Assembly: GCA_002495525.1 (NCBI GenBank)
Contig: DAFS01000033.1
Coordinates: 12,509 to 76,508, forward strand
From: Euryarchaeota archaeon UBA89
GTDB taxonomy: Archaea > Thermoplasmatota > Poseidoniia > Poseidoniales > Thalassarchaeaceae
DNA length: 64,000 nucleotides
Direction: 5' to 3'
Position numbers and translations under genes: made by a program. The notes beneath the pieces are model-generated. The model worked only from the letters and a program-made list of their open reading frames with translations, did not search any database and was not told where the DNA came from. This document shows positions 51,480-61,619 of the stretch, in pieces; the stretch's first letter is position 1, and every line of letters starts with the position of its first letter.

Positions 51480-53165
51480 TCAGTTAGAAACAAAGGAATT
51501 TATAGCCTCTGCAACCATTTCTAATAATGAGTCGCTTAATGGGCCTATTCCAACTAATAGAGTTAAGATCGCACAAGCTACAATTGCTAACTTCAAACTC
51601 AAGGCATCTTTCAAAGTTCTACTATCTTCAGGTTCTTCGAAGAACATAACCAATCCAATTCTTAGATAATAAAACATCGATAGGGCAGAATTTATTACAA
51701 TAGCAAAGGCCAACCAAAATACTGGTTCAACACTAGTTAACCAATCAATAACCGATGTAGCATCTGATGCACCTGTACCTGCAGATATATTGACTATTCC
51801 ATTAATCATCAAAAACTTGGACAAAAATCCAGATAACGGTGGCACACCTGCTAATGACAACATGAATAGGAACATGGAACCCGCAACTAATGGTTCTCTG
51901 CGTGCGAGTCCATGCAGATCCTCCAATCTATGACTTCTTCCTTCTGTTTCTAGTAAAGATAATACCAAAAATGCTCCAAACTTGAAAATTACTAAAACTG
52001 CGAGATGGAATACTATAGCAGTTAACACAAGTTCAATCGCTTCTTCAGAACCTAATCCACTACCGATAGCCGCAAGACCTGCTAACATGTATCCTGCGTG
52101 TGAAACACTCGAGTAAGCCAACATTCTCTTTGGGTTACTACTAGTTAGAGCCGCTAAGTTACCCCAGGTCATTGTGACAACTGCAATTACAGCAATTGCA
52201 GTATACCAGAATGCCTCACCTTCTACAGGCATAGTAACCGATACTAAAATTCTCATAAGAGCAACGAATCCCATGGCTTTCGATGCTGTGGCTAGTAAAC
52301 CTGCAACTGGTGAAGAGGCACCGGAATAGGCGTCTGGTGCTGCAAGATGGAAAGGTGCTGCACCTACCTTAAATCCAAATGCAACCAACATCAAGCCAAC
52401 TGCAATTCCAGCTAAAGGATCGACCGATTCTGATTCAGACCACTTTATTGCTAATGCATCTAATGAGAGATCACCACTCCATAGATAGAGAAGTGACATA
52501 CCATAAATTCCAACTGCTGAAGCCACCGAACCTACAATGAAATACTTCATTCCTGCTTCGCCACCTATCTTACTTTCCTTATGGAAAGCAACAAGAATAT
52601 ACGAAGATAAGGACGCTAACTCAATGCAAACAAATAGCATGAAAAGATGTGTGGCCATTGACATTAGGCTCATACCAAGACCGACCATTATCAGAATAAT
52701 ATGAAAGTCAACTTGACGACGGTTATCGATTAAAGCATCTATTTTCTTGGTAGAAATATTCTCACTATCACTTTCATTCGGTGGTTTGATATTAACTCTA
52801 GCAGGAAGTCTATGTGTGGTTGCAATAGTAGCAAGAAGTAGAGCAGCGATGAAAATCAAAGAAAATAAACGACTGAATTCTGTAACCTCTAGTGTTTCTC
52901 CTATTGTATCATAAGAGTTCTGCATAAGTCCAAAAAATAATGCAGATGTAAAAGTAATTAATGAAATCTGATTTGGTAATTTAGGATTATTCGTACTCTT
53001 GAAACGACTTCCTCCAATTAACACTGGAACACGAATTCTTGTTAGAGGTATACGGAAACTTGCTTTACCTAAATTAGGGATTAGAATTATGGCTATTAAA
53101 CCGAATAACATGATTAATTCCGGAATTATTAATTCTGCTTCAGAAGTATTAATTGGAAGATTCAT
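51480..53165 (-). CDS. nuoN: Complex I-like subunit N
   Basis: IELASLSSY, EAGMKYF, GFKVGAAPFH..APDAY, KRMLAYSSVSHAGY, SLAGVPPL.GF..K. Confidence 0.96.
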   Translation of the reverse strand: MNLPINTSEAELIIPELIMLFGLIAIILIPNLGKASFRIPLTRIRVPVLIGGSRFKSTNNPKLPNQISLITFTSALFFGLMQNSYDTIGETLEVTEFSRLFSLIFIAALLLATIATTHRLPARVNIKPPNESDSENISTKKIDALIDNRRQVDFHIILIMVGLGMSLMSMATHLFMLFVCIELASLSSYILVAFHKESKIGGEAGMKYFIVGSVASAVGIYGMSLLYLWSGDLSLDALAIKWSESESVDPLAGIAVGLMLVAFGFKVGAAPFHLAAPDAYSGASSPVAGLLATASKAMGFVALMRILVSVTMPVEGEAFWYTAIAVIAVVTMTWGNLAALTSSNPKRMLAYSSVSHAGYMLAGLAAIGSGLGSEEAIELVLTAIVFHLAVLVIFKFGAFLVLSLLETEGRSHRLEDLHGLARREPLVAGSMFLFMLSLAGVPPLSGFLSKFLMINGIVNISAGTGASDATSVIDWLTSVEPVFWLAFAIVINSALSMFYYLRIGLVMFFEEPEDSRTLKDALSLKLAIVACAILTLLVGIGPLSDSLLEMVAEAINSFVSN

Positions 53166-54760
53166 GGTTTCACCCCCTGATCAATTAGATGGTTAAGTAA
53201 TACTTCTCGAATAAACTCAGTAGACCAATCTGACATCATATCGAAGAATATGAATGGGAATATTCCAAAGACAACAGTAAGAATACCTAGAACAAACATA
53301 CTAGTATTTTCATTCCAAGTAATATCTCTGGGTTCTTCACCATGTAATGACTCTGGAAGTATACCATGGTGTCTATCATTTGACTCGAAAATAGTCTTCT
53401 GCATAGATGTCAAATAGTATACTGCGGTAATGATTAATGTCAATGCTGGTAGAAGAACTAGCCATCCAAAGCTCATCCAGAAAGCAATTAGTATAGCCAC
53501 TTCAGCAACGAATCCCGCTAGTAACGGTAGGCCTAAACTCGCCATCCAACCTAGCATCATATGGGCGGCTAAATATGGTGAATGATGTGCAATTCCTCTC
53601 ATTGAACCTATTTCTAATGTATGATAATGATGTTTGAAGGCACCCGCAACTGCGAATAATAGAGGGCTAATAATTCCATGAGCGAACATCATGAATAATG
53701 CTCCAGCGATACCTAAAGGTTGCATCGTAGCGATTCCTAAGAATATTAATCCCATGTGAGAAACTGATGAATAGGCAACCATTCTTTTCAAATTAGTTTG
53801 ACCCATGCATACCCAAGCGCCATAGACTAAACTCGCCATACCAAGGAAAATTAGAATCGGGGTGAAAACTACTGTTGACTCAGGGAATAATGATACTGCA
53901 ACTCTCAAAAAGCCATATGCTCCCATTTTCAGCATTACACCCGCCAATAACATAGAACCTGCAGTCGGAGCCTGAACGTGAGCATCCGGAAGCCAAGTAT
54001 GAACAGGGACACTAGGCATTTTAGTTGCAAATCCGATCAATAATAAAATCCAAACTAAATGTCTGAGACCCTCGGATTGAATCATTTCAGTATTCATTTC
54101 AACTAGACTGAAGTGATGACCTGTTAATGTTCCAGATACTCCTGATATATCTCCAGTGTGGAAATACATTATTAAGATTCCAACCAACATTATTACGCTA
54201 GCAGTGAATGTGTATATGAAGAACTTCATTGAAGCATATTTTCTATCGTCACCGCCCCAAACTAATATCAAAAAGAACATTGGTATCAGTGTCATCTCCC
54301 AGAATATATAGAATACAAATAAATCTAAAACTACGAACACACCTAGTAAAGCACCTTCCATAACAAGTATCAATGGATGGAAAATATGGCCTTCTTTAGC
54401 GTCCCATTCTACCAACATAGATAGAGGGATTAATAGAGCAGTTAGCCAAACCATTGGAAGTGAAAGTGCATCAACACCAACAATCCAAGAAACACCAATT
54501 GATGAGATGAGAGTAACTGGTTCATTATTCATTAACTCGTATTCACCCATATTGATGCCGATCCAGTCGATACCACCAAAAGTGGTGAAGGAAAGATATG
54601 TTGCGAATGCAAACAATGCCATCGAAACTCCAAAACTAACATTACGAGAAAATTTACGTATTGATGAGGCTAGATTACCTGGTAATATCTGAGGTAAAAT
54701 AAGTAGTAACAAACCCACTCCAATTGGAGTTAATGTTAGAATTGTCAAAGGATCACTCAA
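53162..54760 (-). CDS. nuoM: Complex I-like subunit M
   Basis: FYIFWE, KFFIYT, K.P.VPVHTWLPDAHVQAPT, LKMGAYG, AYSSVSHMG. Confidence 0.97.
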   Translation of the reverse strand: MSDPLTILTLTPIGVGLLLLILPQILPGNLASSIRKFSRNVSFGVSMALFAFATYLSFTTFGGIDWIGINMGEYELMNNEPVTLISSIGVSWIVGVDALSLPMVWLTALLIPLSMLVEWDAKEGHIFHPLILVMEGALLGVFVVLDLFVFYIFWEMTLIPMFFLILVWGGDDRKYASMKFFIYTFTASVIMLVGILIMYFHTGDISGVSGTLTGHHFSLVEMNTEMIQSEGLRHLVWILLLIGFATKMPSVPVHTWLPDAHVQAPTAGSMLLAGVMLKMGAYGFLRVAVSLFPESTVVFTPILIFLGMASLVYGAWVCMGQTNLKRMVAYSSVSHMGLIFLGIATMQPLGIAGALFMMFAHGIISPLLFAVAGAFKHHYHTLEIGSMRGIAHHSPYLAAHMMLGWMASLGLPLLAGFVAEVAILIAFWMSFGWLVLLPALTLIITAVYYLTSMQKTIFESNDRHHGILPESLHGEEPRDITWNENTSMFVLGILTVVFGIFPFIFFDMMSDWSTEFIREVLLNHLIDQGVKP

Positions 54761-57060
54761 GAACTCACCCCCATTAATAATACGAATATACAGAGGGCCC
54801 CTACGGTTGCCATTAAGATATAATCACGAGCACTTCCAGTAGTAAACTTACGTATTTCAAATGAACCAAGAACTGATTTTGATTCTATTTGTTTAACTAT
54901 TCCATCAATTATATTTCTATCAAACCAAGCAGTAAAATCGGCAAAGGGGATAACTGTACGTGCTAATACACCTTCATATAAATCATCAAAATAAAGTCTT
55001 TTATCGAGAGCCTCGGACAATTGTGATTCTGCTAACCATGAAACATCCTGTTTTCCAAACTTACCTGAAAGATTGACTAACCATCCCACAAGGAAATTAG
55101 CTTTCTCACCTTCTTTGAGCCTACCTCCGTGCACTCTTGAAGCCATTACAGGGCCGACAATGAAAGAAAGGAAAATTGTGACCCAACCTACAAAACGAAG
55201 TTTCATATCATCTGGCAAAAATGCATGTTCTAATTCATAGATAATTTGACCAATCAATGAATCTGCATGTCCATGTAAAGAAAGATTATCTGATTTATTT
55301 GAAAGGAAGTCGACTACACCTAAGACAGCTAGCGCAAAGCCACCGATAGCAGTGATAACTGTAAGTATAATTAGTGGTTCCTTAATCCAAGGAGTTGATT
55401 CATGTACATGATCAACAACCTCACTCTTAGGCTCCCCAGCGAAAGTCATGAACCACATTCTAGACATGTAGAATCCAGTCATTCCAGCAGTTGCGAGAAT
55501 TAGTATAGCAGGGCCAAGCATCAGAGTTTCACCATGGAAATATGCGGACCATGTTTTGGCGATTATTCCCTCTTTAGACCAAAATCCTCCAATCAGAGGT
55601 ATTCCAATAATAGACATAGAGCCAAACATCATTGCGGTAGCAGTAACGGGTAATTTAGAGGCTAATCCTCCCATATTTCTCATATCTTGAGGGTCGAAAT
55701 CATGATTTCCATGGTCTGAACCATGATGGAGATGGTCATGAGCGTGATGAACTTCATGTATTACAGAACCGCTAGCCATGAACAGCATTCCTTTGGCCAT
55801 AGCGTGATTAAAAAGATGGAATAAAGAGGCTCCAAGAACAAAATATCCTGCATAATATTCATCTATATTTAAGAAATAAAGTGCTGAACCTAAACCAGTA
55901 AATATGTATGCTAATTGAGACATTGTAGAGTATGCTAAAACTTTCTTGATATCATTCTGAACAAAAGCAATCGAGGCAGCCATAAATGCCGTAATACCTC
56001 CAATCCAAGCTACAATCAATCCAAAGTCTTCTAATCCTGAAACGCCATGATGATGAACATCGACAAATGGCATCAATCTTGCAACTAAGTATAATCCAGC
56101 ATTTACCATTGTAGCTGCGTGAATTAATGCGGATACAGGAGTTGGCCCTTCCATCGCATCGGGTAACCATACATGTAATGGGAATTGAGCACTTTTACCA
56201 ACTGCTCCAATAAATAGCATCATTAAAGCCCAAAATAATTCTCCAGAATCTACTACAGCGCCGCCAATACCCGTTGAAGGATCATCAAAAACAACTGCAA
56301 AATCTAGAGAGCCATAGATATCGTATAGCATAAATAATCCAACCATTAAGAAAACGTCACCAACTCTTGTAGTCAGAAATGCCTTCTTAGCTGCATAAGC
56401 CGCACTTTCTTTCCAGTAATAGAATCCTATCAATAGATATGAACACAATCCCATAACTTCCCAGAAAATAAACAGCCAAAGGAAGTTGTCAGCAAGTACC
56501 ATACCAAACATTCCGAGACTGAACAGAACAAACTCAGCGAAGAAACGATGGTTACTATCCTCATTTATTGGATCTGTGGTCATATAGCCGATAGCAAACC
56601 AGCAAATCAAGAAGCACAAGAATGTTGCTACAAATAGAAGCATCAATGTCAAAGAATCAACCCAGACACCTACACCAAATACTCTATTCTGTGCTATTGT
56701 ATAATCTGATTGAAGAATATCAAAAGATATCCATTCTAACCAACTTGTAACATCATTATTTTTTATATTTGCACTACCTAACAGATAATCATAGACAATC
56801 CATATTGTGGTAGACAAAGATACTAGAAGTGCGGCTAATCCTAATATTCCTCCTTCCTTAAATGTATTTTTCCATGTTTCATTTTTATTGTAGACTTGCC
56901 CAGTGATGAGAATAATCGGAAAAGCAATGAAAGGAGCTACGACTATCATCCAAGCAAAATCTGTAGAAGTATTATCACCTTCAAGAGCCAAGTAAGGAAC
57001 AATTGCTAAGAATGGCAATAACGGTAGAAGAAGACGATACTCGTTTTTTGTTTCACCCAT
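54757..57060 (-). CDS. nuoL: Complex I-like subunit L
   Basis: WEVMGLCSYLLIGF, GKSAQFPLHVWLPDAMEGPTPVSALIHAATMV, DIKKVLAYSTMSQL; GGTGA SD before ATG 57060. Confidence 0.97.
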   Translation of the reverse strand: MGETKNEYRLLLPLLPFLAIVPYLALEGDNTSTDFAWMIVVAPFIAFPIILITGQVYNKNETWKNTFKEGGILGLAALLVSLSTTIWIVYDYLLGSANIKNNDVTSWLEWISFDILQSDYTIAQNRVFGVGVWVDSLTLMLLFVATFLCFLICWFAIGYMTTDPINEDSNHRFFAEFVLFSLGMFGMVLADNFLWLFIFWEVMGLCSYLLIGFYYWKESAAYAAKKAFLTTRVGDVFLMVGLFMLYDIYGSLDFAVVFDDPSTGIGGAVVDSGELFWALMMLFIGAVGKSAQFPLHVWLPDAMEGPTPVSALIHAATMVNAGLYLVARLMPFVDVHHHGVSGLEDFGLIVAWIGGITAFMAASIAFVQNDIKKVLAYSTMSQLAYIFTGLGSALYFLNIDEYYAGYFVLGASLFHLFNHAMAKGMLFMASGSVIHEVHHAHDHLHHGSDHGNHDFDPQDMRNMGGLASKLPVTATAMMFGSMSIIGIPLIGGFWSKEGIIAKTWSAYFHGETLMLGPAILILATAGMTGFYMSRMWFMTFAGEPKSEVVDHVHESTPWIKEPLIILTVITAIGGFALAVLGVVDFLSNKSDNLSLHGHADSLIGQIIYELEHAFLPDDMKLRFVGWVTIFLSFIVGPVMASRVHGGRLKEGEKANFLVGWLVNLSGKFGKQDVSWLAESQLSEALDKRLYFDDLYEGVLARTVIPFADFTAWFDRNIIDGIVKQIESKSVLGSFEIRKFTTGSARDYILMATVGALCIFVLLMGVSS

Positions 57061-57070
57061 CAAAATCACC

Positions 57071-57373
57071 TTAGTTCCTCAGAATATTAGCTTCATCAAG
57101 AGATATAGTCTCTTGCGTACTGTATAAGGAAAGTAAAATCGCTAAACCAATTGCAACTTCTGCTGCTGCAATTGCTATTGCTATTGCAGTAAAAACCCAA
57201 CCATCAACATCGCCATAATGCGATGCTCCTGCTACAAAGTTAAGATTTGCAGCATTCAACATTACTTCAATACACATCAAAACAATGATCGCATTTTTTC
57301 TTGTGAAAGCACCGAGAAGTCCTATTCCAAAGAGAATGACTCCAAGTCCAGAAATCCAGCTTGGATCTATCAT
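57071..57373 (-). CDS. nuoK: Complex I-like subunit K
   Basis: RKNAI..LMCIEVMLNAANLN, AAAEVAIGLAI. Confidence 0.97.
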   Translation of the reverse strand: MIDPSWISGLGVILFGIGLLGAFTRKNAIIVLMCIEVMLNAANLNFVAGASHYGDVDGWVFTAIAIAIAAAEVAIGLAILLSLYSTQETISLDEANILRN

Positions 57374-57642
57374 GACTCATCTCCTCCCATATCCCAAATC
57401 AGATTAATTAGTCTTTCATCACGGACAAGATAAGATGCTCCTACCATAGCCATGGCTAACAAAGCACCAAGAATTACGGTTGCAACTGCCCACTCATCTC
57501 CATAGAGTGAAAGTGCGAAATCAACAGTTGAGGGTGGAGTAGATGATGATGCCCCCCACATTGAATGCGACATAACTTCATTTAACATTACTAAAATGAA
57601 TGCAAATAGACCTAGTTTTGTTAATGCTGAAAGTGCTTTCAC
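57370..57642 (-). CDS. nuoJ: Complex I-like subunit J, C-terminal half (split nuoJ)
   Basis: Position between nuoJ(N) and nuoK; LY......LL.AMVGA..L motif. Confidence 0.8.
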   Translation of the reverse strand: MKALSALTKLGLFAFILVMLNEVMSHSMWGASSSTPPSTVDFALSLYGDEWAVATVILGALLAMAMVGASYLVRDERLINLIWDMGGDES

Positions 57643-57917
57643 TGAATATCACCCTCTTGAATTTGACGACGTGTAAGCATTACGCCGAATTGTACAACAA
57701 GCATTACTGAACCAAGGTAAACTAAAATTTGTATTGCTGCTAGCATTTCTGCTGATGCCATTACCATTACTCCAGCAACTGCTAGGAATGTAAGCATTAG
57801 TGATAGAAGTGAATGAGCAACTCTTCTGGCATAAACACAACCAAGAGCACCAATTATTGCAGCAGAAGAAAGAAGAACGAAAACAATTGCTTCGAAATCT
57901 ACTGCCATAAAAATCAT
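57639..57917 (-). CDS. nuoJ: Complex I-like subunit J, N-terminal half
   Basis: HSLLSL, AEMLAAIQILVYLGSV.L.V.FGVMLT. Confidence 0.92.
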   Translation of the reverse strand: MIFMAVDFEAIVFVLLSSAAIIGALGCVYARRVAHSLLSLMLTFLAVAGVMVMASAEMLAAIQILVYLGSVMLVVQFGVMLTRRQIQEGDIQ

Positions 57918-58891
57918 GCCTCCGATTTAGCGGCTGCAGCCGCTTTAGCAGCTTTCTTTTCACGCTTAGTTTGCTCCTTCTGAGCCCTCTTAGCTAATTC
58001 CATATCTACCCTTTCCTGATGTACTACTGGAAGTAATCTAGTACGATCAGCATCAAACCAAAGGTCTTCCCTAGAGTATCCCGTCATACCATCATATTCA
58101 TTTGACATAAAGAATGACTCGAAAGGGCACGCTTCTGCACATAAACCACAGAACATACATCTTCCAATATCAATTCGACCTGAAACAATATCTACTTCCG
58201 CTGGCTTTAGAGAGGACATTTCTACTGACTCAATGCCAGAACCATCTTGCCAACGAACTGTTGCTGTATCTCCGCTAATATCAATCACCTCTGCAAAATC
58301 ATATTGTTGTGGAGGAGCAGTATGTTCATGCACTAAATCGAAATTCTCGATTTCTTCAAAAGTTTCTTTTCTTCTAGCAGCTAAACCGCCAGATTCTATT
58401 TCACTTCCTAGTCCATGCCATTCATCTCCTTCATCAGTTGTATCAAGAACATTGACTCTAGTTTCTGAGGTCATATGAAGACAATCATTTGGGCAAGCTT
58501 TCACACATGCCTTACATGCTGTACAAGTTTCCCAAACAATTCCTATCCTTCCATTGTAGTTCCCTGGAACGAAAAGCCAAGGCTCCATATCCTCGAGTCT
58601 TTCATATGGATACATGATAGTAACCGGCCTTTCTAGGAAAGGAAGAGCCGGTGATGATTCTCTGTCAGCAGCATATATTTGACCAGAAGAAGGGTGATCT
58701 TCTCCGATTCTTTCTAAAGTAAATTCATCAGTCAGATTCGCTTTCTGCCCATGATAATTATTTTTCAAGAATTTTGCTTTACCGATATATGGTACTGTCC
58801 TAAGTGCTGTCTTCAAAGTAATCCACATAGGTTTGATTACTAAATTTCTAAAATTCGGTGTTGCGTGAGGGTGTCCTGTATTATAATCCAT
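57914..58891 (-). CDS. nuoI: Complex I-like subunit I (2x[4Fe-4S]) with large insertions
   Basis: VTIMYPYE, CTACKACVKACP, IDIGRCMFCGLCAEACP. Confidence 0.93.
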   Translation of the reverse strand: MDYNTGHPHATPNFRNLVIKPMWITLKTALRTVPYIGKAKFLKNNYHGQKANLTDEFTLERIGEDHPSSGQIYAADRESSPALPFLERPVTIMYPYERLEDMEPWLFVPGNYNGRIGIVWETCTACKACVKACPNDCLHMTSETRVNVLDTTDEGDEWHGLGSEIESGGLAARRKETFEEIENFDLVHEHTAPPQQYDFAEVIDISGDTATVRWQDGSGIESVEMSSLKPAEVDIVSGRIDIGRCMFCGLCAEACPFESFFMSNEYDGMTGYSREDLWFDADRTRLLPVVHQERVDMELAKRAQKEQTKREKKAAKAAAAAKSEA

Positions 58892-58902
58892 TTTTTCACC
58901 TC

Positions 58903-60465
58903 CTAATCTCTTCTACTTCCTGGATATGCTTTATCCAACGTTTGAGTATTGTATGGTCTTCTTGAATACTCTAATGCATCTTTATCTTCATCTATTGCAT
59001 ACACAATAAACAAAATTATTCCTAGAACTGTGATTACTGGAGGAACCCAAATTGGCCAACTTGTACCAGTCCAGACCTCTAAACGTAAATACATAGCAAT
59101 TGCAAGATTGAGGATAGATAGTGGGAGTAAGTATCTCCAACCAAATTCTAAAATCTGATCTGTCCTAATTCTATGTAGAGATGCACGGACCCAAACAAAG
59201 AACGCAAAGAGTAACCATGCTTTGAGTAAGACAATTACTAAACCAGGGATTAAGTCAACAACAGTCCCAATCACTGGAATACCAGAAAGTGTATCTTGGA
59301 ATGGAAATTCCCATCCGCCAAGGAAGAACATAGCAAATAGGATACAAGCAGCATAAGCCCTCATCATCTCTACAGCGAACATTAGACCCCAACGAATCCC
59401 TCCGTACTCAGTCCACCATCCTTCTACAAGCTCTGCTTCTGCTTCTGGCATATCGAATGGAATCCTTTCAACCTCAGCAATCATTGTGATTAAGAATAGC
59501 GCAGCACCCAAAGGAAGCATGAATAGGTTCCAAGTATCGGATGTTTCAATCTGGAAATCTACAATTTCAAGAATATTGAAAGAACCACTAATTACTGCAA
59601 TCGAAAGTACTGTGATTAGTAGAGGGATTTCATAAGCTGTCAATTGCGCAGCGGAACGCATTCCTCCAATTAGTGTATATTTGTTATTTGATGCCCAGCC
59701 AGCGAAGAATACTCCAAGAGGTGCAACTCCAAATATAGCCATCAGGAATAGTAGGGAAAGATCTGGATTAGCTGCCCAAATATGTGGACCAAATGGAATG
59801 AAGGCATAACACATTATAGTTGTCGCTATAATAATTACAGGAGCAACTTCGAAGACTAATTTATCGGCTTTTTCTGGTATTAAATGCTCTTTTGTAGCGA
59901 ACTTCATGAAATCTGCCAATGCCTGGAAGAAACCCGGGAATAGGAACCAGATTCCATGGTATCCCCGATTTCCAACTCTATCAATTGTTTCTAAGTGATG
60001 GCTATTCCCGAAGGCTGAATTCAAACTCTTATTCAGCATACCTATAGGGACTCCAATGCCCATTGGTAATTTATTCCACCAATCTCCTGCAGTAGAAGGA
60101 CCCTCTCCAATCCACAAACTTCTCAATGAAGTGGTAGCACCAATTCTATCCATTAAACGCCCTATGAACTTCCTCTCGATATAAGGGACGACCATCAAGG
60201 TCAACATCATTGTAGTAAAAACTACTGTACACATAATCGTTGAAACAAAAAATGCTTCTAAAGAGGGTTGTATATCTGCAAAACCAGACTGAAGATTAAT
60301 TTCAGAACCGATCACAATTGGTTCCTCGAGGAACCATCTTGGCCTTGTAATAGAAAATTCTAGATCTATATCGTTTGAAGGAAGAACGTCATGAGTTTTG
60401 TCCATTGACCAACCGATTAATGACTCAGTCCAACCACGGACATCTAACCAATCACTGCTTGCCAT
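58903..60465 (-). CDS. nuoH: Complex I-like subunit H, extended
   Basis: ERK..GR..DRIG, AD..K...KE, GWASNNKY.LIGGMR..AQ...YE, RIPFDMPEAEAELV.G..TEY. Confidence 0.96.
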   Translation of the reverse strand: MASSDWLDVRGWTESLIGWSMDKTHDVLPSNDIDLEFSITRPRWFLEEPIVIGSEINLQSGFADIQPSLEAFFVSTIMCTVVFTTMMLTLMVVPYIERKFIGRLMDRIGATTSLRSLWIGEGPSTAGDWWNKLPMGIGVPIGMLNKSLNSAFGNSHHLETIDRVGNRGYHGIWFLFPGFFQALADFMKFATKEHLIPEKADKLVFEVAPVIIIATTIMCYAFIPFGPHIWAANPDLSLLFLMAIFGVAPLGVFFAGWASNNKYTLIGGMRSAAQLTAYEIPLLITVLSIAVISGSFNILEIVDFQIETSDTWNLFMLPLGAALFLITMIAEVERIPFDMPEAEAELVEGWWTEYGGIRWGLMFAVEMMRAYAACILFAMFFLGGWEFPFQDTLSGIPVIGTVVDLIPGLVIVLLKAWLLFAFFVWVRASLHRIRTDQILEFGWRYLLPLSILNLAIAMYLRLEVWTGTSWPIWVPPVITVLGIILFIVYAIDEDKDALEYSRRPYNTQTLDKAYPGSRRD

Positions 60466-60474
60466 ATATTCACC

Positions 60475-61611
60475 TCACCTGTCTGTCTCACCGATACAGG
60501 GATCGAATGAACCCATGATTGCTGGAATATCTGCTACCTTGTATCCAATCATACATTTTGAAGCATATGGAATCGTAATGAACATTGGAGATCGAATTGA
60601 TACACGATAAGGCATTTTACCGCGACCCTCTCCTCCACCGGCAATGTAGAACATTGATTCGCCCCTACTATCTTCAAAGTGGTGTGAACCTGATGTCCCT
60701 TCGGGAGCACGTGTTGGTGCCTTGCCGATTATCTTAGGATCTCCTGGCTCATGGTAAGTTTCGGCACCTCCTGGGATCTTATCTAATGCTTGCAATACTA
60801 GATTTGCACTTTGACGCATTTCTTCAACTCTAATTCGATACCTATCATAACAATCTGCACCTTTTATCGAAGAACGCTCTACTGCTGGCTCCCAATCTAA
60901 CTCAGAGTAAACTGAATACGGGTGCGATGTACGTATGTCGTGATTAACTCCTGCCGCACGAATGTTAGGTCCTGAAACTCCGTGATTAATCATTTCTTCA
61001 GGTTTAGCATAACCTACTCCTTGGCTACGAATTAAGAATACTGTTGACTCATCGAAAAGTGCCTCATATTCTTGTATCCTATCCAAAAATAGTTTCAGTT
61101 TATGCCTAGCTCTGAGAGCAAAACCATGAGGTAAATCTCTTTTCACACCTCCTATACGAGGGAAATTATAATGCATTCTAGAACCACCTAACTCTTGTAA
61201 TAGATCCATCATCATCTCTCTTTCTCTAAGACACCAGACTAATACACTCAGGTTTCCGATATCAGGACCATAAGCGCCAAGCCACATTAGATGACTTGCA
61301 ATCCTTTGAATTTCCACTGCTACTAAACGAATATATTCAGCTCTCTCTGGAACTTCAACTCCCAGTAAGTCTTCTGCAGCATAGATATAGGCATGAGACC
61401 ACGTATTTGCTGATGCATAACATAGTCTGTCGCAATAAGTAGTAATTTGTGTGAAGTCGCGTGATTCGCATATTTTTTCAACACCTCTATGGATATAACC
61501 AAGATCTGGTTCTGTATCTACAACCGTTTCTCCATCGACCTTAATTTTCAAAGTCCAAAGACCATGGGTCATTGGATGCTGAGGCCCCATAGAAATCCAC
61601 ATTTCTGCCAT
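60475..61611 (-). CDS. nuoD: Complex I-like subunit D
   Basis: MGPQHPMTHG, GYIHRGVEK, RIASHL, RGE, DPCIGETDR. Confidence 0.97.
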   Translation of the reverse strand: MAEMWISMGPQHPMTHGLWTLKIKVDGETVVDTEPDLGYIHRGVEKICESRDFTQITTYCDRLCYASANTWSHAYIYAAEDLLGVEVPERAEYIRLVAVEIQRIASHLMWLGAYGPDIGNLSVLVWCLREREMMMDLLQELGGSRMHYNFPRIGGVKRDLPHGFALRARHKLKLFLDRIQEYEALFDESTVFLIRSQGVGYAKPEEMINHGVSGPNIRAAGVNHDIRTSHPYSVYSELDWEPAVERSSIKGADCYDRYRIRVEEMRQSANLVLQALDKIPGGAETYHEPGDPKIIGKAPTRAPEGTSGSHHFEDSRGESMFYIAGGGEGRGKMPYRVSIRSPMFITIPYASKCMIGYKVADIPAIMGSFDPCIGETDR

Positions 61612-61619
61612 TCTCTCAC

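Noticed and set aside
57370-57917. Split nuoJ as a possible pseudogene
   Set aside because: Split J subunits are known in archaeal Nuo/Fpo operons, and the second half has an SD and a coupled start.
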